A stretch of 64,000 bases of DNA from Candidatus Zhuqueibacterota bacterium. GTDB taxonomy: Bacteria > Zhuqueibacterota > Zhuqueibacteria > Thermofontimicrobiales > Thermofontimicrobiaceae. The translations under genes were made by a program, and so were the position numbers. The stretch's first letter is position 1. Every line of letters begins with the position of its first letter. Positions 30,579-40,634 of this stretch are shown here, in pieces. Under the pieces are notes generated by a model, which saw only the letters and a list, made by a program, of their open reading frames with translations, was not told the DNA's origin and ran no database searches. The stretch lies in the NCBI GenBank assembly GCA_049322915.1, contig JBMOPW010000020.1, positions 1 through 64,000 of the forward strand. Direction: 5' to 3'.

Positions 30579-31595
30579 ATGAAAGATTTAACCGCTTCGC
30601 ATGTTCATCGGCAAAATGTCCTGAATAACCGATATGCTCTCGAAGAAATTCAAAAAGTAGCAGATATAAAGGGTATTTTGTTTGAAGGTGAATATCGAAT
30701 GACGAAAAAGCAAACCGCTGATTTTTTTGAAATCGATGAACGAACGATCGACCGCTATTTGGACAAATATGATGCAGAATTAAGACAAAACGGCTATGAA
30801 GTTTTACGGGGTAATAAATTAAATAAATTTAAATTAACACTTCAAAATATGGCTGTGACAGACATTCATGTCGGTCACAAAACTGTGAATTTAGCCGTAT
30901 TCAATTTTCGTTCTTTCCTGAATCTTGCCATGTTGCTTGTGGAGAGCGAAAAAGCGCGTGTTTTGCGCGGCGTCATTCTTGATATTACCATCGATGCCAT
31001 AAACAAACGAACCGGCGGTGGCGCCAAATATATCAATCAACGCGACGAAGATTTTATTGTAAGTTATTTCCGGGGTGAGCATTACCGCCGCGAGTTTACC
31101 GATGCGCTAAAAGATTGTGTCGATATGGGCAAAGCCAAATACGCCATCTATACCAATAAAATTTACCGCAGTATTTTTAAAGAGAATGCGGATGAATATC
31201 GACAGGTGCTAAAGTTAAAAGCCAGCGAGCAGGTTCGTGATACCATGTACAGTGAAATTCTCGATCTGATCGCTTCGTACGAAGCTGGTTTTGGCGATGA
31301 AATCCAAAAAGCATATCAGCAAAAAGGACGAAAGTTGACGCCATTTGAAGTCGATCGGTTGTTCGCCGATTTTGAAAACCAACGCTTATGGAAACCGTTG
31401 CGGGACAATGCCCGGCAGAAAATGGCCAGCCGCGATCTCGGTTTTCGTGACGCGCTCCATCAAAAGCTGGAAGCATACGTCGATGCCATCGATGCTGTTG
31501 ACTTTGACCGCTTCCTGGGTGAAAAGAGCAAATCGTTACAGGAACGGCTTGAAGAAAATGAGGACGTGTTCAAGCGGCTGAAGGAGCGGGAATGA
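30579..31595 (+). CDS. Hypothetical (possibly DNA-binding) protein coupled to a Doc toxin
   Basis: 338-aa ORF with GAGG RBS; HTH-like TKKQTADFFEIDERTIDRY; ATGA overlap with the Fic gene. Confidence 0.7.
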   Translation: MKDLTASHVHRQNVLNNRYALEEIQKVADIKGILFEGEYRMTKKQTADFFEIDERTIDRYLDKYDAELRQNGYEVLRGNKLNKFKLTLQNMAVTDIHVGHKTVNLAVFNFRSFLNLAMLLVESEKARVLRGVILDITIDAINKRTGGGAKYINQRDEDFIVSYFRGEHYRREFTDALKDCVDMGKAKYAIYTNKIYRSIFKENADEYRQVLKLKASEQVRDTMYSEILDLIASYEAGFGDEIQKAYQQKGRKLTPFEVDRLFADFENQRLWKPLRDNARQKMASRDLGFRDALHQKLEAYVDAIDAVDFDRFLGEKSKSLQERLEENEDVFKRLKERE

Positions 31596-32035
31596 GGCTG
31601 TTTTATATCGATCTGGAACAGGCAATTCAAATTCATGAAAAGACCATTGAAATCAGCGGCGGCGGTGTGTCGGGTCATTTGAACATCGAGCAGTTGGACA
31701 GCGTGCTGACTCATATTCAGAATGACGATTATTACCCGTCGTTTATCGATAAGCTCACCCATCTGGTATTCGCTGTCAATCGCTTTCACTGTTTTCAGGA
31801 CGGTAATAAACGGCTTTCCATTTCGCTGGGCATTCAGTTTCTGAACCTGAACGGCTATTTGTACTGCATCAACCGCTTCGTGCAGGAAATGGAAAACCTG
31901 AGCTACCATGTTGCCGCTGGTCGTATCGATGATGCACTGCTGCGGCGGGTCATGGAATCGATTATTTATGAACGTGATTTTTCTGAAGCACTGAAATTGG
32001 AAATATTATCCTGTATGGATGATAGCAATTTGTAA
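31592..32035 (+). CDS. Fic/Doc (death-on-curing) family protein
   Basis: HCFQDGNKR Doc-type motif. Confidence 0.9.
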   Translation: MRLFYIDLEQAIQIHEKTIEISGGGVSGHLNIEQLDSVLTHIQNDDYYPSFIDKLTHLVFAVNRFHCFQDGNKRLSISLGIQFLNLNGYLYCINRFVQEMENLSYHVAAGRIDDALLRRVMESIIYERDFSEALKLEILSCMDDSNL

Positions 32036-32045
32036 AATGAATCTG

Positions 32046-32150
32046 ATAAAACACGGATGACGCGGATAACGCGGATTCGCACGGATAAATGAACCGATGC
32101 CTTTTTTATATCCGCGAAAATCCGTTCAATCCGTGTCATCCGCGTTCTAT
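32046..32150. repeat. CRCGGAT-family long hairpin element
   Basis: Left arm of four CRCGGAT subunits, right arm ending ATCCGTGTCATCCGCGTTCTAT; same family as the 51403 array. Confidence 0.8.
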
Positions 32151-32177
32151 GTTTTAAATTTTTAATGGAGACGATTG

Positions 32178-33821
32178 ATGCCCGATAAACAAAAACTCGA
32201 ACTCACCTGGATTGGCAAAAACGAGCAGCCCAAACTGGAGCCGCGCATTTTAATCGAAGCCAGGGAAAAATCCTACGGCGACCCCACGACCGAAAACATG
32301 CTGATTCATGGCGATAATTTGCTGGCGCTCAAGGCTTTGGAACAGGATTTTGCCGGCAAGATCAAGTGTATTTATATTGATCCGCCGTACAACACGGGCA
32401 ATGCGTTTGAGCATTATGACGATGGTCTGGAGCATTCGATCTGGTTGAATTTGATGAAGCCGCGACTGGAACTGTTGCGCAAGCTGCTTCGGGAAGATGG
32501 CTCGATCTGGATTTCCATTGATGACGATGAATCGCATTATTTAAAAGTGTTGTGCGATGAAATATTCGGACGTAAAAATTTTGTTGCTAATGTAATTTGG
32601 GAAAAAAAATATTCCCCACAGAACGATGCAAAATGGCTGTCTGATAGTCATGATCACATTTTAGCCTATTCGAAAAATAAAGAAATATGGAGACCTTATC
32701 TGCTTCCACGTACTGATGAAATGAATGAAAGATACAAAAATCCAGATAATGATCCTCGAGGTTTATGGAAATCTAGTGGATTAGATGTTAAGACCTATAC
32801 GGCATCATGTGATTATCCAATTACTACACCTTCGGGTAGAGTAGTTAATCCCCCTGGTAGCTCATGCTGGCGTGTTACAAAAACTCGCTTTGATGAACTT
32901 GTAAAGGATAATAGAATATGGTTTGGGCCATCAGGTAATAACGTTCCATCTATTAAGCGTTTTTTAACTGAAGTTAAGCAAGGAAGTGTTAGTAAAACGA
33001 TTTGGTATAGAACTGAAGTTGGTGACAATCAGGAAGCCAAGAAAGAAACGTTAAATTTTAATGATAATGAAGTTTTTGCAACTCCGAAACCAGAGCGATT
33101 GCTACAAAGAGTGTTGCTTCTTGGCAGTCAGGAAGGAGATATAATTTTAGATTCTTTTCTCGGCTCAGGCACAACCGCCGCCGTCGCCCATAAAATGAAC
33201 CGCAAATGGATCGGCATCGAATTGGGCGAGCACTGCACCACCCATTGCCTGCCGCGCTTACAAAAAGTGGTGGATGGCAGTGACCAGGGCGGCATTTCCA
33301 AAGCCGTGCACTGGTTAGGTGGCGGCGGTTTCAAATTCTACGAAATGGCGCCCAGCCTGCTCAAAAAAGATAAATACGATAACTGGGTCATCGACGAAAA
33401 ATACAACGCCGACATGCTGGCGGCTGCCATGGCAAAACACGAGGGCTTTACCTATTTCCCGGATGCGGACGTGTTCTGGAAACAGGGGCAATCCACGGAA
33501 AAGGATTTCATTTTTACAACAACTCAATTTGTCACGCTGGAGTTCATCGATAAAATTCATGATGACATGAAACCGGGTGAAAGCCTGCTCATCGCCTGCA
33601 AATCGTTTCAGGAGAAATGCCGGGGACGGTACGACAATATCACGATCAAGAAAATTCCCAATATGCTGTTGGGTCGCTGCGAATTCGGCAAAGACGATTA
33701 CAGCCTGAACATCATCAACATGCCGCGCGACCCCAACGAACCGGAATTTGTTCCGCCCGGTCCTGACGAACCGGCGCAACCCAAAGAAGAAACCACGCAC
33801 CAGGGCAATTTATTTGACTGA
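32178..33821 (+). CDS. mod: Type III restriction-modification adenine methyltransferase subunit
   Basis: GDNLLALK, IYIDPPYNTG (motif IV), TPKPE, DSFLGSGTT (motif I). Confidence 0.92.
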   Translation: MPDKQKLELTWIGKNEQPKLEPRILIEAREKSYGDPTTENMLIHGDNLLALKALEQDFAGKIKCIYIDPPYNTGNAFEHYDDGLEHSIWLNLMKPRLELLRKLLREDGSIWISIDDDESHYLKVLCDEIFGRKNFVANVIWEKKYSPQNDAKWLSDSHDHILAYSKNKEIWRPYLLPRTDEMNERYKNPDNDPRGLWKSSGLDVKTYTASCDYPITTPSGRVVNPPGSSCWRVTKTRFDELVKDNRIWFGPSGNNVPSIKRFLTEVKQGSVSKTIWYRTEVGDNQEAKKETLNFNDNEVFATPKPERLLQRVLLLGSQEGDIILDSFLGSGTTAAVAHKMNRKWIGIELGEHCTTHCLPRLQKVVDGSDQGGISKAVHWLGGGGFKFYEMAPSLLKKDKYDNWVIDEKYNADMLAAAMAKHEGFTYFPDADVFWKQGQSTEKDFIFTTTQFVTLEFIDKIHDDMKPGESLLIACKSFQEKCRGRYDNITIKKIPNMLLGRCEFGKDDYSLNIINMPRDPNEPEFVPPGPDEPAQPKEETTHQGNLFD

Positions 33822-33823
33822 AT

Positions 33824-33890
33824 TTTGGAGTGATTTGATCCCGCCTTCTGCGGGACAAATCATACGGCGACACGGTCGCCGCACTCCAAA
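33824..33890. repeat. REP-like hairpin interrupted by a nested smaller hairpin
   Basis: TTTGGAGTG..CGGCGAC-ACG-GTCGCCG-CACTCCAAA with a 32-nt palindromic insert at 33833-33864. Confidence 0.7.
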
Positions 33891-33917
33891 CGACTCAAAA
33901 AATAAGGAATTTTTACC

Positions 33918-36590
33918 ATGAATCGCATCGCCACATCCATAAAGAACCGACTGAGCTTACGGCCGCCGCAAACCGAAAGTCTGGCAATTTTAGCGGAACT
34001 ATGTGACCAATTCTCCCTGAAAAAAGATAGCGACCTGGCGACCGCGTTGCAACAGGTGCAGGAACGTTACCCAACGTGCAGCGATTTCGAACGCAGTTTC
34101 CCGTCCATCTGTTTTGCCCTGGCCACCGGCGTTGGCAAAACGCGGCTGATGGGCGCGTTTGTCGCTTATTTGTATTTAGCCAAAGGTATCAAAAACTTTT
34201 TTGTGCTGGCGCCCAACCTGACCATTTACAATAAACTGATCGACGATTTCGGCAATCCCAATCATCCCAAGTATGTGTTCAAGGGCATTGGTGAATTTGT
34301 CCATAACCAGCCGCGCGTGATCACCGGCGACAATTACCAGTACGCGTCCCAGCTCGATGTGTTTGCCGATGAAATTCATCTCAATATTTTCAACATCTCC
34401 AAAATAAACGCGGAGACGCGCAGCGGCAGCACGCCGCGCATCAAACGGTTGTCCGAGTATCTGGGCGAATCGTATTTCAGATACCTTTCGGGGTTGAAAG
34501 ATCTGGTGCTGCTGATGGATGAATCGCATCATTACCGCGCCGACCGCGGCATGCAGGTGATCAACGAACTCAATCCGGTGCTGGGGCTGGAACTGACCGC
34601 CACGCCGCAGGTGGAACGCAGCGGCGGTACTGTGAAATTTAAAAATGTCGTCTATGAATATGCGTTAGCCAAAGCCATTTCGGATGGATTCGTCAAAGAG
34701 CCGGCCGTGGCGACCCGAGAGGATTTTAAACCAGCGCAATTTTCCACCGAAGAGCTGGATCGGATCAAACTGGAAGACGGCGTGCGCATCCACGAGGATA
34801 CCAAAGTGGCGCTGGATATTTTTGCCCGCGACACCAAGACCAATAAAGTAAAGCCCTTTGTGCTGGTGGTTGCCAAAGACACCAATCACGCCGCCGCGCT
34901 GCGGGAGCTAATCGTTTCCAACTCATTTTTTGATGGCTACTATGCCGACAAAGTGATGGAAATTGACTCCAACCAGCGAGGCAGCGAAAAAGAGGAGAAT
35001 ATTCAAAACCTGCTGTCAGTGGAACAGACCGAGAATAAAATTGAAATCGTCATTCACGTGAACATGTTGAAAGAAGGCTGGGACGTCACCAACCTGTACA
35101 CCATCATTCCCCTGCGCACAGCGGCGGCGTTGACATTGCGGGAACAGACGATTGGCCGCGGCTTGCGCCTGCCTTATGGCAAACGCACCGGCAACGCCAA
35201 AGCCGATAAACTGACGATAGTGGCGCATGACCGGTTTCAGGAAATTATCGACGAAGCGAACAAACCCGGCTCCATCATCCGCAAGGAAAATATCATTATC
35301 ATCGACGAACATGAATTGAACCAGACGAAACAGGTGGTGACTTCGAGCTTTAAATATGTGAGCGTGTTTGAACAGGAGCAGAAGAAGATCGAGCAAATCA
35401 AAGATGTCCGTGAAAAGCAGAACGCGCAGGAACAGCTTGAGATAAAAAAAATAATTTTTGAAACCCTGCCCGAACTTAACCGCGATGTTAATTCCGTGGA
35501 TGAGCTAACCAAAACGGAAATCAAAGCCATTGCCGTAAAGCGCATCCAGGCAAAATTCGAAATTCAAGTGCAGCGGGATATGTTTTCCGGTGAAGTTGCC
35601 AAACAGGTAGAGCAGAGCTACGACGAGATAGCGAAAGAATTCGCACGGCATATCATCGAAATCCCGCGCATCACCATTATGCAGTCTGAGCAGGTTGATT
35701 CCGGTTTTTACGATTTTGATCTGGATGTGCAGAATTTGAACTACCAACCCGGATCCGAGGAAATCATCATACAAACGTTGCGTAATGGAGAAATTGAGTA
35801 TGTCGAGTCATCAGACCGGCGAATACGTTACAGCAGTCTTGAAAATATAATCGTTTCCGAGCTGATGAACCACGCTGAAATTGATTATGATGCGCACGCT
35901 GAATTGCTTTTTAAGCTGGCGCACCAGGCGGTAGAAAAATTCCGCAGCTATCTGGAAGAAGATAAAATCGCCAACGTCATTTTGTATCATAAACGGGATA
36001 TTGGCAAATACATTCACGTGCAGCTCATGGAACATTTTTATTACAAGACGCCAGATTTTCAGGAACCCATTGTTCGGCCCTTCACTCGAATCGAAACGCA
36101 AAATCTATCAAAATATACTGTCGATAAAATTTATGATTTTCGGGAGACAATCACGCCGGCAAATACCATTCCGAGCAAAGTGTTCAGTGGTTTTAAAAAG
36201 GCGTGTCATGACTTGTACAAATTCGATTCGAAAACCGAGAAAGATTTTGCCATCATTTTGGAGCAAAATGCCAACGTACTCAAGTGGCTTCGTCCGGCAG
36301 TGAATCAATTCAATATCTATTACAATCATAATTCGCAACGCTATTGCCCGGATTTTGTTGCGGAGACAAATGATTCACTTTATCTCATCGAAACTAAAAA
36401 AGAAAAGGACATAGAAAGCAGAGAAGTCCAGGAAAAGTCATTGGCTGCCGTACTTTATTGTACCCATGCGACGAACTTCACCCAAAAGCATCATGGAAAA
36501 CCCTGGAAATATGTGTTACTGCCCCACGATGCAGTCCAGATCAATATGAGCTTTAATACATTGGTTCAGCAGTTTGAGTATCAGGTTTGA
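33918..36590 (+). CDS. res: Type III restriction endonuclease subunit
   Basis: LATGVGKT, DESHH, LTATP, LKEGWD, QTIGRGLR, C-terminal PDF..ETK nuclease motif. Confidence 0.92.
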   Translation: MNRIATSIKNRLSLRPPQTESLAILAELCDQFSLKKDSDLATALQQVQERYPTCSDFERSFPSICFALATGVGKTRLMGAFVAYLYLAKGIKNFFVLAPNLTIYNKLIDDFGNPNHPKYVFKGIGEFVHNQPRVITGDNYQYASQLDVFADEIHLNIFNISKINAETRSGSTPRIKRLSEYLGESYFRYLSGLKDLVLLMDESHHYRADRGMQVINELNPVLGLELTATPQVERSGGTVKFKNVVYEYALAKAISDGFVKEPAVATREDFKPAQFSTEELDRIKLEDGVRIHEDTKVALDIFARDTKTNKVKPFVLVVAKDTNHAAALRELIVSNSFFDGYYADKVMEIDSNQRGSEKEENIQNLLSVEQTENKIEIVIHVNMLKEGWDVTNLYTIIPLRTAAALTLREQTIGRGLRLPYGKRTGNAKADKLTIVAHDRFQEIIDEANKPGSIIRKENIIIIDEHELNQTKQVVTSSFKYVSVFEQEQKKIEQIKDVREKQNAQEQLEIKKIIFETLPELNRDVNSVDELTKTEIKAIAVKRIQAKFEIQVQRDMFSGEVAKQVEQSYDEIAKEFARHIIEIPRITIMQSEQVDSGFYDFDLDVQNLNYQPGSEEIIIQTLRNGEIEYVESSDRRIRYSSLENIIVSELMNHAEIDYDAHAELLFKLAHQAVEKFRSYLEEDKIANVILYHKRDIGKYIHVQLMEHFYYKTPDFQEPIVRPFTRIETQNLSKYTVDKIYDFRETITPANTIPSKVFSGFKKACHDLYKFDSKTEKDFAIILEQNANVLKWLRPAVNQFNIYYNHNSQRYCPDFVAETNDSLYLIETKKEKDIESREVQEKSLAAVLYCTHATNFTQKHHGKPWKYVLLPHDAVQINMSFNTLVQQFEYQV

Positions 36591-36609
36591 CAAGAAATAA
36601 AATCAATAA

Positions 36610-36880
36610 AAGAAATTCTTTCTCGATCTATTAAAACGAGGAAATGTGAATAAACTATACTTCACAGGCATGTTCACCCACGGCGAATCGGAGTTTTTCA
36701 TCAGTTAAATCGATCCGGTCAGCCATACCGTGCGTAAATATTAGCCCGATTTCCTGGTTCAGGACAACTCGGGCAATTGGACTTTGTTCGAGATCAAAGC
36801 AGATTGCATGATCGACGATCCAGTGAATGCTGCCAAAGAACGATATGCCGCCCAAATGGGATTCGAGAATCAGATGCGGT
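36610..36880 (+). pseudogene. Decayed C-terminal fragment of a second restriction (Res-like) nuclease
   Basis: Frame from 36601 reads LYFTGMFTHGESEFFIS*IDPVSHTVRKY*PDFLVQ..LFEIK with two in-frame stops and a PD..ExK motif. Confidence 0.7.
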
Positions 36881-37262
36881 GCTGTCCAGTATCGATGTCG
36901 GATTGATTTTGAATTATTCTCCATCGCAAGTCAGTCAACTGCGCCAACAGTGGGAGAAAGATCACCAGGAAACCTTGCCATCCAGGGGCAGCTACCACGA
37001 TTTGGGGCGGACGTTTACTCATAAACAGCAAATCGTTGCCTATCATCTTGAGGGCTTGATGCCATCAGAAATCGCCCGTAAAACAGATCATGATCCTGCC
37101 TGTATGGATCGCTATATCAGAGATTTTGAAAGAACAGTCCCATTCTTCGAAGAAGGTCAACCCATTGCCAAGATTGCCTTCTACACGCGGCTGAGTGAAT
37201 CGTTGAAAAAAGAATACCGAAAAATTTATGAACAAACAATTGGCTGCTATAAAAAGACATAG
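36872..37262 (+). pseudogene. DUF1670-like C-terminal fragment, 5'-truncated (mobile-element associated)
   Basis: LPSRGSYHDLGRTFTHKQQIV and EIARKTDH..DRYIRDF resemble DUF1670; no credible start, abuts the Res relic. Confidence 0.55.
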
Positions 37263-37547
37263 TTTCTGATAATTCCTTTTGAGTAGGGGTCAATTGATAC
37301 TATTGAATATTGAAATAAAACTTAAGCTCTTATTTTTGAAATTCGTCCGGCGTGCGATGCCTTTATGCATCGCAGACATCGCACTCCACGGTAACATTTC
37401 ATTATATCCCATCGACCGCTTTTCATTTTAGAATTTTAGGTAACGTTTTTATAAATTAGTCGTTCCCGCCATGCATTGAAAAAAGCGAACGGCCAGACGC
37501 TCCCTGTGTCCGCCAAAATCTACCCCGAATTATCCGACACGCGGCGC

Positions 37548-38528
37548 TCAGGTATTCCGAATCCGTTCCAATATCTCCCGCACAAAATCCGTCTTTGCCA
37601 GAGTATAGCGCTCCCGGTCGTGATGGAATTCTGCGGCCAATGACTGCTTCAGCGCGGCGTAGCGATTCGCATCTGCCGGATGCCGGCGCAGGTGATCGCG
37701 GAAGGCAAGTCCCTGCCACAGACGGTGCCCGGCCGGGGCGATGTGAATATGAACGATGCGCTGGCCCATGGGCCGGTTCCTCTTCAATAAAAAAATATGG
37801 TCGGAGAACCACCAATACTCCCATTCGCCGGAATCCAGCAGCGGACTCACGCGACGTTCGACCGCGTCCACCGACGGGCATTCCACCAGCACGTCGATGA
37901 TGGGCTTGGCCGGCAGGCACGGGATGGCGGTGCTGCCGAAATGTTCGATTCGCCGCGCCATGTCCGGGCCGAGGAATTGCCGCAGCCAGTCGGCGACCTG
38001 CTGAAACTGCCGCGGCCAGTCCGGGTTGTACGCCGCCAGCGCGATGGAATCATCGAACTCGCGCTGCTTCGATCTATCCACGTGAGCTAGGCCGGTCAGC
38101 CTGAAATCGTGGGGACCTTCGCCGGCCACGGCCGCCGCTTCCGGCAGCGAGGTTGCCGCAAATTCGCCAATCACTCGCGCCGGCGGCCCGGCAGTGACAT
38201 GCTGCCAGCGCCAGTCAATCTCATGTTCGGACAGCAGCGATGTCCGGCCATCGTGCGCATGCCTGAGACGCCAGCAGTGCGCCTCCAATTCCCATGCGAC
38301 CAGCCCCGGCGGTATCGGTTCGATGTGTTCGACTTCAATGCCGAAAAATTGAAAAACCTGCTCGTTGCGAAGCGGCAGTTGAAATCCCACGTATCGGGTC
38401 ACTGTCGCCGCGCCGGTCACGTCGCGCAGCAGTCGGTCGAACAGCTCGCCATAAAACGCAAGTCCTTCCGGGGACTGGCTATCGGCCGGGAGAATTCTCT
38501 GGCCCCCAATCATTGTCAAGCATGTCAT
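37548..38528 (-). CDS. GrpB-family nucleotidyltransferase-fold protein with an N-terminal extension
   Basis: YNPDWP, IEHFGSTAIP, AKPIIDVLV, FRDHLR, YTLAKTDFV. Confidence 0.85.
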   Translation of the reverse strand: MTCLTMIGGQRILPADSQSPEGLAFYGELFDRLLRDVTGAATVTRYVGFQLPLRNEQVFQFFGIEVEHIEPIPPGLVAWELEAHCWRLRHAHDGRTSLLSEHEIDWRWQHVTAGPPARVIGEFAATSLPEAAAVAGEGPHDFRLTGLAHVDRSKQREFDDSIALAAYNPDWPRQFQQVADWLRQFLGPDMARRIEHFGSTAIPCLPAKPIIDVLVECPSVDAVERRVSPLLDSGEWEYWWFSDHIFLLKRNRPMGQRIVHIHIAPAGHRLWQGLAFRDHLRRHPADANRYAALKQSLAAEFHHDRERYTLAKTDFVREILERIRNT

Positions 38529-38555
38529 TCGAATCGTTGCGCTTTCTTCATCACG

Positions 38556-38927
38556 TTACGAAACCGGTGTCGCGGACTCATTTCCGCGGTTCGACTCCTG
38601 CGACAGCACCACCCACAATGTATAAATCCCCAGAGCGGTGCCGATGGGCAAAAGGGGCAGACTCAAAATTCCAAGAATCATGGCCATGACCCTGGCCCAA
38701 TTTTGACGTTTCAAAAGACCAATCCCGGCAATAATTCCCGGCAGCGCAACGAGCGCGCAAAACCCGGCCAGAATGACGCCGACAATCAGGGTGATTCGCA
38801 TGGCGTCATCGTCGCCGGACAGGATGCCTCCGCCAACAATGGCTGTAAACAGAAATGCGGCCGACAAAATTCCCAGCGCGCCAAAGACGATATACATCAC
38901 TCCCAAAACCTGAATATGTTTTTCCAT
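38556..38927 (-). CDS. Small hypothetical membrane protein
   Basis: 3-4 TM helices, GIGLLKRQNWAR, PIGTALGIY. Confidence 0.75.
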   Translation of the reverse strand: MEKHIQVLGVMYIVFGALGILSAAFLFTAIVGGGILSGDDDAMRITLIVGVILAGFCALVALPGIIAGIGLLKRQNWARVMAMILGILSLPLLPIGTALGIYTLWVVLSQESNRGNESATPVS

Positions 38928-38972
38928 GGAATTCCTCTCTCCTTCGAATGTGATATCTTTCAATCCGGCTGC

Positions 38973-40415
38973 TCAGCGGCATACCTCAACAATCCAGTCG
39001 CCGATGATGGCCATGGCTGCCGGGGCCATAGTCTCTTCGATTTTCCCATAATCCATTGGCGCTCCGCTGGTGCTTGTCTGGAACAGGTGGTTTAAATCCG
39101 GGATTTCGCGAATCGTGACGCGGTTGTTGCCGGCATCTTTCAACGCTTTTTCAATGGCGGTCAAATTTTCTTTGGGCGGAACCTGTAAATCCTTGCCTCC
39201 GTTGATCGCCAGAACCGGGCACTTCACCTGGCCTAAAACGATGCGCGGATCATAGGTGAGAAAATAGCGGAACCACGGCGTCAGGATTCGTTTCGCCTGA
39301 CCCCGGGCAATCTCTTCCACGTCGCCGGCTTGCTTTCTTTCTTCATCGGTCATTTTTTCGAACGACTTTTTGACGATGTCTTTGATTTTGATGGTTGCGA
39401 GGGAGTCATTCGGTTCTGACTTCATGATTGTAAAAAGCTGCTCCTGTTGAACCCGGTTCTCCTCGATCGCTTCCTCGGATTGGCCGCTGGCGCGGGAGAT
39501 CAACGCGGCCTGGAGATACAATATCTCTTCGCCGGTCAGGCCCGGTCCCGCCATGAGCACAATGAACGCCACATCGCCGGACCTGGCCGCCGCCATGGGC
39601 GCGATCAATCCACCTTCGCTATGGCCGATGAGCCCGATTTTGGATTTATCAATTCGGGGATGATTTTTCAAAAACTGAACGCCAGCCAGGACATCCGAGG
39701 CAAAATCCTCGGAGGTGGACTGATTGACTGAACCGCCGGTCCCGCCAACGCCGCGGTCATCCACGCGAAGGACGGCAATTCCCCGGCGCGTCAGATAGTC
39801 CGACAACACGAGGAACGGCTTGTGATTGAACAGGCTTTCGTCCCGATCCTGCGCGCCGGAGCCTGAAATGAGCAGCACCGCAGGAAACGGGCCATCCCCG
39901 CGCGGGCTGGTCAATGTGCCGGTAATTTGAATTGCCGCCGTCTCATTTCTATAGCTGACTTCTTCTTCATCGTAGGGATAGGGTTTTTGTGGCAGTTGCG
40001 GTCTTTTGATCTCCGGCGCTTTATCGACCTTGGTCAATTTCAAAGGTAATGACATGCCGCCCTGATTCCAGTGGCCATTGAAGATCAGGCTGTCCGCGAC
40101 AAATTTGCCTTCGTAGAAGCCTCGCACCACAGCCACATCAAATCGGAGACTGTCGCCGTTGAATTTCACTTTATCAATCGGGATGCCAAAGGCGCCCTGG
40201 TCCGGGCTGTCCATCGTCGCTGCCCATGCGCCGGTCGAATCGGCTGACAGGTGAACCACCAGCCGCAGTTCCATCGCTTGAATTTTCAGCGCGCCCTGCC
40301 AGACGCCGGTGATATCGACTGTCTCGCCGGCGCCGGTTGCGGCTGATAGCCCGCGCGTTGCGAGCAGGGAAATCAGCAAAAACACCGTCGGGATAATAAC
40401 ACGGAATCGTTTCAT
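38973..40415 (-). CDS. Secreted alpha/beta-fold hydrolase
   Basis: Signal peptide, DSPDQG, SGSGAQDRDE, GHSEGG nucleophile elbow, KDLQV, LNHLFQ. Confidence 0.9.
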   Translation of the reverse strand: MKRFRVIIPTVFLLISLLATRGLSAATGAGETVDITGVWQGALKIQAMELRLVVHLSADSTGAWAATMDSPDQGAFGIPIDKVKFNGDSLRFDVAVVRGFYEGKFVADSLIFNGHWNQGGMSLPLKLTKVDKAPEIKRPQLPQKPYPYDEEEVSYRNETAAIQITGTLTSPRGDGPFPAVLLISGSGAQDRDESLFNHKPFLVLSDYLTRRGIAVLRVDDRGVGGTGGSVNQSTSEDFASDVLAGVQFLKNHPRIDKSKIGLIGHSEGGLIAPMAAARSGDVAFIVLMAGPGLTGEEILYLQAALISRASGQSEEAIEENRVQQEQLFTIMKSEPNDSLATIKIKDIVKKSFEKMTDEERKQAGDVEEIARGQAKRILTPWFRYFLTYDPRIVLGQVKCPVLAINGGKDLQVPPKENLTAIEKALKDAGNNRVTIREIPDLNHLFQTSTSGAPMDYGKIEETMAPAAMAIIGDWIVEVCR

Positions 40416-40634
40416 CTCTTGCTCCTCTCTGTAAATGTCCGTTCCGGCAGATTGCGCCGGAGATTGTTATTCCTGAAAATGAATGTCAGGTCGAAGATAA
40501 TTCGTTTCTGTCCGAAAATACCAAAATTAGCTAAGGGGTTGATATTCTCAAACTTCATTACTTCAGACCTCATCTCCTAAAACCGTTCTTACCCTGCGGG
40601 CAAGAAGGGGAACATCTGTTCTCCCTCTCCTTTT

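Noticed and set aside
36700..36750. Stop-codon reassignment (TAA/TAG read as Tyr) in the Res relic
   Set aside because: TAA and TAG terminate many intact genes in the window; the fragment lacks its N-terminus, so decay is the simpler explanation.
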